Source of the DNA: Candidatus Fermentibacterota bacterium
GTDB lineage: Bacteria; Fermentibacterota; Fermentibacteria; Fermentibacterales; JCC-6
DNA length: 64,000 bases
Direction of reading: 5' to 3'
Assembly: GCA_014728175.1 (NCBI GenBank)
Contig: WJMA01000051.1
Coordinates: 7,279 to 71,278, forward strand
Below, one piece after another: positions 56,257-64,000 of the stretch. The position numbers and the translations under genes were made by a program. Position 1 is the first letter of the stretch; every line of letters begins with the position of its first letter. The notes under the pieces are model-generated. The model was not told the DNA's origin. It ran no database searches and saw only the letters and a list, made by a program, of their open reading frames with translations.

Positions 56257-57060
56257 TCAACGCTCGATAGTATCGCTGTTGATGTGTTCTCTGATCCATT
56301 CGTCCAGTCGATGCACCTTGTCCGCTATGGCTTCGAAATCGACCACGGAAAGGGACTGGCCCCCGTCGGAGAGAGCCTTGTCCGGATCGGGATGCACTTC
56401 CAGCATTAACCCGTCGGCTCCGGCTCCGATGGCCGCCAGGGATAGGGGCTCCAGAAGATCCCTGCGCCCGGACGAATGGCAGGGATCGACCACCACCGGA
56501 TACCCGCCCATGCCCCTGACCAGAGGCACCGACGAGATATCGAGGGTGGCCCTGGTCCAGGGCTCGAAGGTGCGGATGCCCCTCTCGCACAGGACCACCT
56601 GCTCGTTGCCCTCCTTTACCACGTACTCCGCCGCCATGAGCCACTCCTCGACCGTGGCCATGAACCCCCGCTTCAGAAGGACGGGAACGCCCGCTCTGCC
56701 CACGGCGGACAGCAGGGTGAAGTTGTGCATGTTGCGGGCACCGATCTGGAACATGTCTATGTACTCCAGGGCGGGCTCGATCTGGTCGACGGCCATCACC
56801 TCGCTTACCACCGGCATGCCCTGCTCCCGTCTTACCTTATCCAGCATCCGGTAGCCTTCCACCCCCAGACCCTGGAAGGAGTAGGGGGAGGTCCGGGGCT
56901 TGAAGGCTCCGCCCCTCAGCATATCCGCACCACCGGCCCTGGCGGCCCCGGCAACGGTCTGCAGCATCTGAAGTCCCTCTACGGCGCACGGCCCGGCGAT
57001 GAGAACGGTTCTGTCCCCCCCGAACACCACGTTACCGACTTTCACCTCTCTGACCGTCAA
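56257..57060 (-). CDS. aroF: 3-deoxy-7-phosphoheptulonate (DAHP) synthase, class I-beta (unfused)
   Basis: LIAGPCAVE and RGGAFKPRTSPYSFQGLG motifs. The KDO8P synthase alternative is disfavoured by the PC and KPRTSPYSFQG signatures. Confidence 0.7.
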   Translation of the reverse strand: MTVREVKVGNVVFGGDRTVLIAGPCAVEGLQMLQTVAGAARAGGADMLRGGAFKPRTSPYSFQGLGVEGYRMLDKVRREQGMPVVSEVMAVDQIEPALEYIDMFQIGARNMHNFTLLSAVGRAGVPVLLKRGFMATVEEWLMAAEYVVKEGNEQVVLCERGIRTFEPWTRATLDISSVPLVRGMGGYPVVVDPCHSSGRRDLLEPLSLAAIGAGADGLMLEVHPDPDKALSDGGQSLSVVDFEAIADKVHRLDEWIREHINSDTIER

Positions 57061-57063
57061 CGG

Positions 57064-58740
57064 TTACCTCTTCTCGAAGGTGCTGATTATGAACCTGATT
57101 ATGTCTCTCACCGCGCTGTCGGAGAGCGGGCCCGGATTGTGGCCCACCACGTTTTCCACCTGTTCCTCGACCCATGTGGGATCGAATCCGACGGGCAGCT
57201 TGCTTACCATGTCCGCCCTGTGGTTGAGCAATCGGACCAGCTCCACGTCGGTGCGGAGAAGCTCGCCCCTGTAGTCGGGCTCTATCTCTCTCTTGCCGAT
57301 CGCTTTGCGGTCTATTTTCCCATTGGCGGTCCGGGGAAGACCGGGAACGAAGCTGAACACCTTGGGCATCTTGTGTTCCTCGACCATCGGCTTTAAAAAC
57401 CGCCGCATCTCGGCTCCGGTGATCTCCCTGCCCGGCCTGGGGACTATGTAGGCCGCCGCTATCTCTCCCCTGACGGGATGGTGAGCACCCACCACACAGG
57501 CGTCGGCGACCTCGGGATGCCTTAGTATCGCCAGCTCCAGCTCCAGAGGGTAAAGCTTGAGGCCGGACGATTTCACCAGGCCGCCCCTCCTGCCCAGGAA
57601 AACCAGCTTGCCGTTCTCCCTGCGGAAAACGTCGCCGGTTCTGTACCATCCGTCCCTCAGGGACTCCTCCGTAGCGGTGCGGTCCCCCAGGTACCGCCTA
57701 ACCACGCCCTTGCCGGCGACCCATAGCTCGCCGCGGTTGATATCGCTCCCGCCGCTCTCGTCCAGCTTTCGGATCTGGATTTGGTAGCCGTCGACCACTT
57801 TGGTGAAACCCGTCTCCCCGGGGTTTCCGACCAGGACCACCCCGCTGGTCTCCGTGCTCCCCCAAACCCCGTACAGGGGCACTCCCGTCCTCTTCTGGAA
57901 GCCATCGATGAACTCCTGTGAGGTGTGCATTCCTCCGGCCTCGGCCAGCCGGAGCGAGGACAAGTCCACGTCTCCTCTCGCCGACAGCCGGGCCAGGCTG
58001 TCCAGCTGGGGAGGCAGACCCATAAGACAGGAGACCCGCTCCCTGGCTACGGCCTGCAGTATCTCCCGGGGGTAGCGCATCGTGGTCAGGACGGTCTTTC
58101 CCCCCAGGTAGAGCCCCCTCATGAACAGCTCGTGGGGATGGCCTATCACCCCGAACAGCGACATGTGCACGTCGTCGGGAGACAGGGACATGGTGTCGCA
58201 GAATCCGATCGTGTTAGCCATGAGCTGGGAGTGGGTGGTCTCCGCGACCTTGGCCAGGCCGGTGGAGGCGGAGGTGACGTTGAGGTACACCACTTCGTCC
58301 GGCCCCACCTCCGGAACCTCTTCGGGATCCTCGTTGCCTTCCATCAGGTTGTTCGGGCAGACCTCGAGATACCTCTCCACATGCCATGCCGAGATCTCGA
58401 ATGTTCCATCGGAAAGCAGGAAGCGCTCCGGCCAGCGTTGAAAGACCCTCTCCCTCTCCGAGGGCGGCCATCCCGGGTTCAGGGCGACGAACCTCGCGCC
58501 CACCAAGGATATCGAGATGAAAGAGACCGGAAGAAAGACCGTCTTGCGGCTGAGAACACCCACGATGTCGCCCTCCTGTACGCCGCTGCGTTGCAGGAGG
58601 GCAGCCAGGTGCCTCGACTTTCTCCACCAGGCCGAGAAGTCCAGGGAGCGTTGGTCGTCGACCAGCGCCGGCTCGGAGGGTGTGGACCGGGCCTGCTCCT
58701 CCAGCAGCCGGTGAACGGTCAACCCAGGATGCACCAGGTT
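57064..58740 (-). CDS. AMP-dependent synthetase/ligase (acyl-CoA synthetase-like)
   Basis: AMP-binding core motifs. The start is probably a non-ATG codon near LVHPGLTVHRLLEEQA, placing the 5' end at ~58740 next to the SPFH gene stop. Confidence 0.65.
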   Translation of the reverse strand, partial: NLVHPGLTVHRLLEEQARSTPSEPALVDDQRSLDFSAWWRKSRHLAALLQRSGVQEGDIVGVLSRKTVFLPVSFISISLVGARFVALNPGWPPSERERVFQRWPERFLLSDGTFEISAWHVERYLEVCPNNLMEGNEDPEEVPEVGPDEVVYLNVTSASTGLAKVAETTHSQLMANTIGFCDTMSLSPDDVHMSLFGVIGHPHELFMRGLYLGGKTVLTTMRYPREILQAVARERVSCLMGLPPQLDSLARLSARGDVDLSSLRLAEAGGMHTSQEFIDGFQKRTGVPLYGVWGSTETSGVVLVGNPGETGFTKVVDGYQIQIRKLDESGGSDINRGELWVAGKGVVRRYLGDRTATEESLRDGWYRTGDVFRRENGKLVFLGRRGGLVKSSGLKLYPLELELAILRHPEVADACVVGAHHPVRGEIAAAYIVPRPGREITGAEMRRFLKPMVEEHKMPKVFSFVPGLPRTANGKIDRKAIGKREIEPDYRGELLRTDVELVRLLNHRADMVSKLPVGFDPTWVEEQVENVVGHNPGPLSDSAVRDIIRFIISTFEKR

Positions 58741-59881
58741 ATTCCTGCTCCGCTCCGCACTCTGGGCAGAACTTGGTCCCGGGAGCGATCTCCGCGCCGC
58801 ATTCCTGGCAGGTGGCAACTCCCAGCTTCTGGCCGCAGTTGGGGCAGAACTTGGCGTCCGGGCCTACCGGCTCGTTGCAGTTGGGGCAGGCCTTCTGCAG
58901 AGGTTTGCCGCACTCGGAGCAGAACTTGGACTGGGGAACCTGCTTCCCGCAGGAGGGACAGGTGACCATTGGAGGGCCGCCGGTCTGGGTGGCCCCGCCC
59001 GCGCCTCCTCCTCCCTGCTGGGAACGAGACATGGTCTGGCCCATCATGTTGGCCATGGTCATTCCCATGCCCAACCCGGCTCCCATGCCTACTCCGGCTC
59101 CGGCGGCTCCGCCTCCACCCTCGCTCTGGGCCGCATCGCCCATCGCGGTGGCAGTCTTGAAGCGCATGTAGTCGTCCAGGTTGCCCATGGCGCTCATCGC
59201 GCTGCGCTCGTCGATCCTCTTCTGGACCTCCTCCGGCGGCGTGATGGCGTTTACATAGAAGTCTACCAAGTTGATGCCGTACTTCTCGAAATCGTCACCC
59301 AGCCTGGTCTTGATCAGGGTGGCTATCTCGTCGTAGTACTGCGGCAGGTCGAAGATGCTCTCCAGGGTCTCGCCCAGAAGATCCGCCAGCCTGGAGGTTA
59401 TCACGTCCTTGAGGTATCCTTCGATCTCGTCGGCCGTGAACTTGCCCTCGGTCCCCACCAGCTTGTTTATGAACAGCTGGCTCTGGGCCACCCGCATCGA
59501 GAACCTGCCGAAGGCCCTTAGACGGACCATCTGCAGTTCCTTGTCCCGGAATATGATGGGCTCCTTGGTCCCCCATTTCATCTCCGTGAAAGTCTTCTTG
59601 TTGACGAAGTAGACCTCGGCCCGGAAAGGTGAGCCCTCTCCCTCGAAGGCCATGTCCGCCAGCCCGGCCAGGATGGGCACGTTCTCCGTGGTCAGGGTGT
59701 GTCTGCCCGGACCGAAGGTGTCCAGGGCCTTTCCGTCCCGGAAGAAGACGGCCTCCTGGTTCTCTCTGACCACCAGCTGGCTGCCCAACCTGAACTCCCC
59801 CGATCCGGTCTCGGGAACCCGGCTGACAATATTGTCGCCGACCTCGTCCAGGAACTCTATTATCTCCATTCTCTTGAACAT
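58739..59881 (-). CDS. SPFH/band-7 domain protein with Gly-rich linker and three tandem C-terminal zinc ribbons
   Basis: The N-terminal SPFH domain spans ~250 aa. The tail carries three repeats of CPxCG-x8-9-CxxCG (CPSCGK..CSECGK, CPNCNE..CPNCGQ, CQECGA..CPECGA). Confidence 0.65.
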   Translation of the reverse strand: MFKRMEIIEFLDEVGDNIVSRVPETGSGEFRLGSQLVVRENQEAVFFRDGKALDTFGPGRHTLTTENVPILAGLADMAFEGEGSPFRAEVYFVNKKTFTEMKWGTKEPIIFRDKELQMVRLRAFGRFSMRVAQSQLFINKLVGTEGKFTADEIEGYLKDVITSRLADLLGETLESIFDLPQYYDEIATLIKTRLGDDFEKYGINLVDFYVNAITPPEEVQKRIDERSAMSAMGNLDDYMRFKTATAMGDAAQSEGGGGAAGAGVGMGAGLGMGMTMANMMGQTMSRSQQGGGGAGGATQTGGPPMVTCPSCGKQVPQSKFCSECGKPLQKACPNCNEPVGPDAKFCPNCGQKLGVATCQECGAEIAPGTKFCPECGAEQE

Positions 59882-59916
59882 GGACCTTGTCCTTCCCTAA
59901 CGAATATCCGCCCGGA

Positions 59917-60444
59917 TCAGTCCACCGGGGCGTTCCTTTCCAGATCAACCATCAGATCGCGGCGGGAGGCCAGCTTCTCGCTGAAGCGCTGGAGGATATC
60001 GACGACCTCCTGGACTGCCTGGTCCAGGTCTCCACCGGCGCCGACCTTTTCCGTAAAATCCTGTACGGCTTTCTCCAGAACCTCCACGTCCTCGACCAGC
60101 CCGACATCGAACTGGTAGAGCTTGTCCAGCTCGTCCTCCCTGACCTTGTGCATGTCGAACCAGCCCCGGTAGCCCCTGTCGGCCAGCCTTATCTCGTCCC
60201 TCACCTTCTCCAGCCGCTTCACGACTCTCTCGAACCCCGAGACCGACCGCAGGGCGTCAGGGCCCTTCAGGCCGGCGGTAGACTCCCTGAGAGCCGTTCT
60301 CAGGTTGTCCAGGCGTCTTATCAGCATGGATCTAAAGAGCTGGTCGTTGTCCCTTCTCTCTTCCTTCCTCTTGTATCCCTTGTAACCTGGAATAAGCCGG
60401 ATCGCCTTTTCAAGGAAGCCCAGCTTCCTTCCTCCTTCACTCAT
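59917..60444 (-). CDS. Hypothetical coiled-coil protein co-oriented upstream of the SPFH gene
   Basis: 175 aa, charged and helical, with no recognisable motif. Confidence 0.4.
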   Translation of the reverse strand: MSEGGRKLGFLEKAIRLIPGYKGYKRKEERRDNDQLFRSMLIRRLDNLRTALRESTAGLKGPDALRSVSGFERVVKRLEKVRDEIRLADRGYRGWFDMHKVREDELDKLYQFDVGLVEDVEVLEKAVQDFTEKVGAGGDLDQAVQEVVDILQRFSEKLASRRDLMVDLERNAPVD

Positions 60445-60513
60445 CTGCCCAATCCTTTCCTCTGGTACCTGTTTTCATAAAGCACAGTCAAGATAAGACG
60501 GGGCACACCCCCG

Positions 60514-61515
60514 TCAATCCGAGTTTCCCGACCTTACCAGGGCCACGTTTCGGAGGTGCTGGGGGTGGCTTCTGGCGAACAGGTGCCCCCCACTGCCGTC
60601 GACCCTGCTGACGAAGTAAAGATAACCATTCGAGGTATCGGGAGAAACGGCCGCTGCGAACGACGACGAGCCCGGCGAGCAGATGGGAGCGGGAGGTAGC
60701 CCGGGATGTAGGTAGGTGTTGAAGACGCTCTCCACCTGCAGGTCGGACAGAAGTATCTTCTCCTTCGCGTTGCCCAGCGCGTACTGAACGGTGGCGCAGC
60801 TCTCCAGGTTCATCCCCAGCCTCAGACGCCTCAGGAACACCCCGGCGATAACCGGCCTCTCCGACTCCAGCTTGGCCTCCCTTTCCACGATGGACGCCAG
60901 GATGAGCACTTCGCGCTCCGAAAGGTCATCCGGCCGGCCTTCGAGCATGCGCGAGAACCTGGACCTCGCGGTGGCGACCATCCTGGACAGTATTTGCGCC
61001 GGAGCCAAGCTGTCGGCGAACTCGTAGGTCTCCGGATACAGGTAGCCTTCCAGCTGCCCCACGCCCAGCTCGGCCAAGAAGGCGGAGTCGGTGGCCAGGC
61101 TGTCCAGAGAGCTCTTGCTCACTGGCAGCGCGGAAGCCAGCGCGTCGAAGGTCTGATCTACCGTGAAACCCTCGGGCACGGTCACCCAATGGGTGGGAAC
61201 GGGTATCACCTCTCCCCTGGCCATGACCGCCAGTATGCTCTCGGCGGGCATGGTGTCGGAGAGCATGTAACTGCCGGCCTGAAGCGATTTGGGCTCATCC
61301 AACCTGGAGTACCGCCAGACCACGTACCAGCCGCAGCGGACCAGGCCGGAGTCGGCCAGGGCATCAACTATCTCGCGGGCACCCATGCCTTTGCGCACCT
61401 CGAACCTTACCGTCTTTCCCTCCCCCGGAACACCCCTGCAATACGAGTAGACACCCACAGCTACAGCCGCAAGGATCACGACCAGGGCAGCCAGGACGAC
61501 GGCGGCTTTTCTCAT
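60514..61515 (-). CDS. mltG: Endolytic murein transglycosylase MltG (YceG family)
   Basis: N-terminal transmembrane helix and YceG-like domain (EGYLYPETY, ASIVEREA); 333 aa. Confidence 0.8.
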   Translation of the reverse strand: MRKAAVVLAALVVILAAVAVGVYSYCRGVPGEGKTVRFEVRKGMGAREIVDALADSGLVRCGWYVVWRYSRLDEPKSLQAGSYMLSDTMPAESILAVMARGEVIPVPTHWVTVPEGFTVDQTFDALASALPVSKSSLDSLATDSAFLAELGVGQLEGYLYPETYEFADSLAPAQILSRMVATARSRFSRMLEGRPDDLSEREVLILASIVEREAKLESERPVIAGVFLRRLRLGMNLESCATVQYALGNAKEKILLSDLQVESVFNTYLHPGLPPAPICSPGSSSFAAAVSPDTSNGYLYFVSRVDGSGGHLFARSHPQHLRNVALVRSGNSD

Positions 61516-61898
61516 GGCTCACCCAGGAACCGCTTGAGTATGACGCACGCCGCCACCGAATCGACCCTGCCCGACCTGTCGGTGCCTCCCAGAAGCTCCT
61601 CGGCCTCTTCGGAGGACCTTACCTCGGTCTGCAGCTGCACCTGGAATCCTTTTTCCCGAAGGTATTCCCCCAGCCTTTCGACCTCCCTGGACAGCTCGGT
61701 CGGCTTTCCCCCGGCCGAAAGCGGAAGACCCAGGACCACGGTTCCCGAGCCGTGGTCTTCGGCTATTCTTCTCAGCCTTTCCACCAGGCCTTCCCAGGTG
61801 GACGGGCACAGGGGCTTCAGGGGAACGACTACCCCGTTCACGTTTGCCGCCAGGCCCGTTCTGCGCCTGCCGTAGTCCACTCCCACCTGCGTCACGCC
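61512..61898 (-). CDS. ruvX: Putative pre-16S rRNA nuclease / Holliday junction resolvase-like RuvX (YqgF)
   Basis: VGVDYGRRRTGLA motif at the N-terminus, ~130 aa. The start is probably the GTG at VTQVGV. Overlaps mltG by 4 nt. Confidence 0.65.
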   Translation of the reverse strand, partial: GVTQVGVDYGRRRTGLAANVNGVVVPLKPLCPSTWEGLVERLRRIAEDHGSGTVVLGLPLSAGGKPTELSREVERLGEYLREKGFQVQLQTEVRSSEEAEELLGGTDRSGRVDSVAACVILKRFLGEP

Positions 61899-63568
61899 GC
61901 GAAATCCCTTCGTCGAAGGCTCCGCCCGGCCAGCCGCACCGATACCCACACCACCGAGGCCGAAAGGGGAATGCAAAAAGCCGAGGCCCTCAACAGAGGG
62001 GCGACCAGCACGTCCTCCCGGAAGCCCTCGGTAAGGTAGCTGCGGGTGACGAACGACAGAACCGCCACTATCACCAGAACGTACCCGGTGGAAGCGAAGG
62101 CGGATATTATTCCTCCCTGGCCGCTGGCGATGTTTGCCGCGTTGTTGTCTCCGAAGTCCGGATAGATGCTTCCCAGCGCAACGTTGATGCTAACCAGCAC
62201 GGCGCACATGACCAGCAGGGACACCGCCGACTCCACAACCAGTACCGTACCCGCCCCTATGCTGATCGCCGACAGCACCACCGTACCCACCATGAAGGGC
62301 AGAACCACGGTGAACGACTGCAGCCATTTGGAGGAGAACAGCAGCGATCTGCCGCCGGGGACCTGCAGGAGAGAGTGCAGGCCCGGACCCTCCAGACTTA
62401 CCGCGGGGAAGGCGAACCTCACCAGAAGAGTGGCGGTAACGAACCCCGCGAAGGAGATGTTCATGAACACGGCCACCGAAAGCCATATCGGATCCGTGAA
62501 ATCCATTGGGAATCGCCTGAGGTTGACCGCGTAGAGAATGAACAACCCTCCCAGAAGGCCCAGCTGGCTCCACTGGATCGGGTCCCGAAAGAACAGGATC
62601 AGGTCCTTGCGCCATACCGCACCCAGCCTACCTCCCTTCTTCAGCAGCCTTCCCATCCCCGCGGCGCTCTTGGCCTTGCCCGCCCCCACCGCGGCGAACC
62701 GCATCCTGAACTCCCGGCAGATCAGCACTAGGGCGGCCGCCATGACCACCGCGCTCTCCAGCAGCAGCAGAAGGGCCCTGACCGCCGCCCTCCCCGGCTG
62801 CCCCGCCGCCAGGTTGGCCACCGAGGAGGAGTACAGGGCGTGGGGCCAGCCGCTCCACCCGGTGGAGGGCAGCGCGGAAACGAACCGCTGAACGGCGGTC
62901 TCGGTGGCCGAAGCGTCGGGTATCACTATCTCCTGGGGGCTGGTGCTGGCCAGCAGCACCACGATCCCTGCGGCCGCGGCCAGCACCACCCCGCCGACCG
63001 CCCGCCACAGGGTGGACAGGTCTCCCAGCCTGGAGAAGAGCCCCAAAAGAAGCGTTCCCAGGGCCAGCCAAATCGCTACGAAGAAGGGAAAGAGCAGCAC
63101 CGCGAACAGCACTGAGGCAACCGGCTGCTGAAGCGCCCCCGCGTACGCGATCACTATGGGCACACCCAGCAGCAGAGTGGCCCAACCAGCATAGAACCAG
63201 CTCTCAACGGTCCTGAAAAAGGCCACGGTTCTTCCCGGCACCGGCAGAGAGAGCAGGTGGGAGGTCTGGCCGGATCTGAAGAGGGTGGATATTCCGGTGA
63301 TCAGGGAGGATACGGCTATGAATATGCCGAAGGTCATCAGGGCCATTCCCAGCAGCCTCCTGGCCAGAGCCTCTCCAAAGGTGGCGTTCTCCAACCCGGT
63401 CAGATAGCTGAACAGGAAGTCGAACAGCAGGTACATGGAGGGCGCTATCACCGCGACCGTGAGCAGGCCGGCGATCAGCTTGAGCCGGTTGCCCTGCCAG
63501 CCTGACCGCACGGCACCCTTCAGCGATCTCAGCCTGTTGGAGAGCAGTATCCGGGAGTAAGCAAGCAT
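61892..63568 (-). CDS. Polytopic membrane protein (putative ABC-2/exporter-permease-like)
   Basis: 558 aa with about 12 hydrophobic helices. There is no adjacent ATPase and no diagnostic motif. Confidence 0.4.
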   Translation of the reverse strand: MLAYSRILLSNRLRSLKGAVRSGWQGNRLKLIAGLLTVAVIAPSMYLLFDFLFSYLTGLENATFGEALARRLLGMALMTFGIFIAVSSLITGISTLFRSGQTSHLLSLPVPGRTVAFFRTVESWFYAGWATLLLGVPIVIAYAGALQQPVASVLFAVLLFPFFVAIWLALGTLLLGLFSRLGDLSTLWRAVGGVVLAAAAGIVVLLASTSPQEIVIPDASATETAVQRFVSALPSTGWSGWPHALYSSSVANLAAGQPGRAAVRALLLLLESAVVMAAALVLICREFRMRFAAVGAGKAKSAAGMGRLLKKGGRLGAVWRKDLILFFRDPIQWSQLGLLGGLFILYAVNLRRFPMDFTDPIWLSVAVFMNISFAGFVTATLLVRFAFPAVSLEGPGLHSLLQVPGGRSLLFSSKWLQSFTVVLPFMVGTVVLSAISIGAGTVLVVESAVSLLVMCAVLVSINVALGSIYPDFGDNNAANIASGQGGIISAFASTGYVLVIVAVLSFVTRSYLTEGFREDVLVAPLLRASAFCIPLSASVVWVSVRLAGRSLRRRDFAA

Positions 63569-63750
63569 GGCTGGAAGATAACAGCGGGCGGCAGCTCTCA
63601 GGTAGGCTCTGACAAGGGAAGTCTATAGTGCGAGGCGTCAGAAGGCATCCAACAGCCTATTGGAGCCTCCAACAGCTTGCGGCACATTCGCATGCAGTTA
63701 TGGTTAAAAGGGCTTTTTACGTTACAATAGACCGACCCAAGCTCGTCACG

Positions 63751-64000
63751 CTACAGCTTCACCAGCCTCAACGAGGCCAGCCTTCCGGCTGATGCCGCCC
63801 GGATCAGGTAGGTCCCCGGAGGAACCTCCTCACCGGAAGCGTCAGAACCGTCCCAGAGAAACACTCCCTCGTTCCTGCCGTTGCCCAGGCTGCGTATCAA
63901 TCGACCGGACAGGTCGTACACGGCAAGCTGCCTGGGAAGCGGATCGGCAACCGCTGTGATGGTTACCATCTCATCGAAAGGGTTGCAGCTCGCGACAAGC
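63751..64000 (-). CDS. C-terminal fragment of a secreted protein with a T9SS-type C-terminal sorting domain (N-terminus beyond window end)
   Basis: The last 70 aa (VYDLSGRLIRSL...WDGSDASGEEVPPGTYLIRAASAG...LVKL) match the Por_Secre_tail/FlgD-Ig-like CTD. Confidence 0.55.
   Translation of the reverse strand, partial: LVASCNPFDEMVTITAVADPLPRQLAVYDLSGRLIRSLGNGRNEGVFLWDGSDASGEEVPPGTYLIRAASAGRLASLRLVKL

Noticed and set aside
63620-63660. Direct repeat TCCAACAGC...TCCAACAGC, 20 nt apart, downstream of the T9SS-CTD gene
   Set aside because: A 9-nt repeat in a single occurrence is too short to interpret. It might be an operator, but I see no supporting context.
1-64000. CRISPR arrays, rRNA/tRNA genes, IS elements or integrases
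   Set aside because: I saw no regularly spaced direct repeats, no rRNA-like stretches, and no transposase or integrase-like ORFs. tRNAs cannot be fully excluded by eye, but no intergenic region looked tRNA-like.

Overview
This is a high-GC (about 60%+) bacterial chromosomal segment in which most genes lie on the minus strand. Large ORFs predicted on the opposite strand are antisense shadows typical of GC-rich DNA and are not reported as genes. Most of the window is recognisable housekeeping: 2-hydroxyacid dehydrogenase, PepD, OsmC, PepT, pyrBI, queH, an yebC-ruvCAB operon, hutU, an Mrp/ApbC-NifX fusion, cysteine synthase, cysC, purC, parC/parE, and a glycolytic block (a fused pgk-tpi gene, gap, and a phosphofructokinase carrying the PPi-dependent signature) followed by DAHP synthase, mltG and ruvX. 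Two proteins end in type IX secretion (T9SS) C-terminal sorting domains (an M14 carboxypeptidase and a partial ORF at the window end). Together with the anaerobe-type genes, this suggests a T9SS-bearing FCB-group or candidate-phylum anaerobe. Accessory content worth attention: (1) a 1239-aa protein combining TIR, class-III nucleotidyl cyclase, a P-loop STAND-like NTPase and TPR repeats, next to a TPR hybrid histidine kinase and preceded by an unusually AT-rich ~200-bp island; this is a defence- or signalling-like locus. (2) Three paralogous B12-binding radical SAM genes in tandem, each with its own conserved TTGACG-N17/18-TATAAT-like promoter, plus a fourth divergent B12-rSAM, flanked by a CPBP intramembrane protease and an FGE-family protein. 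(3) Three co-oriented, translationally coupled paralogous zinc-ribbon proteins (two membrane-anchored) directly upstream of yebC-ruvCAB-queH. (4) A promoter / 17-aa Cys-rich upstream ORF (MINCLCCYCVKGGTAGA) / antiterminator / terminator arrangement upstream of cysteine synthase that looks like a classical leader-peptide attenuator. (5) An orphan SPASM radical SAM gene, an SPFH protein with a triple zinc-ribbon tail, and a surface-glycan cluster (flippase, N-acetyl-sugar amidotransferase, acyl-CoA ligase). No CRISPR array, rRNA, transposase or integrase was seen, and no tRNA was recognised by eye.
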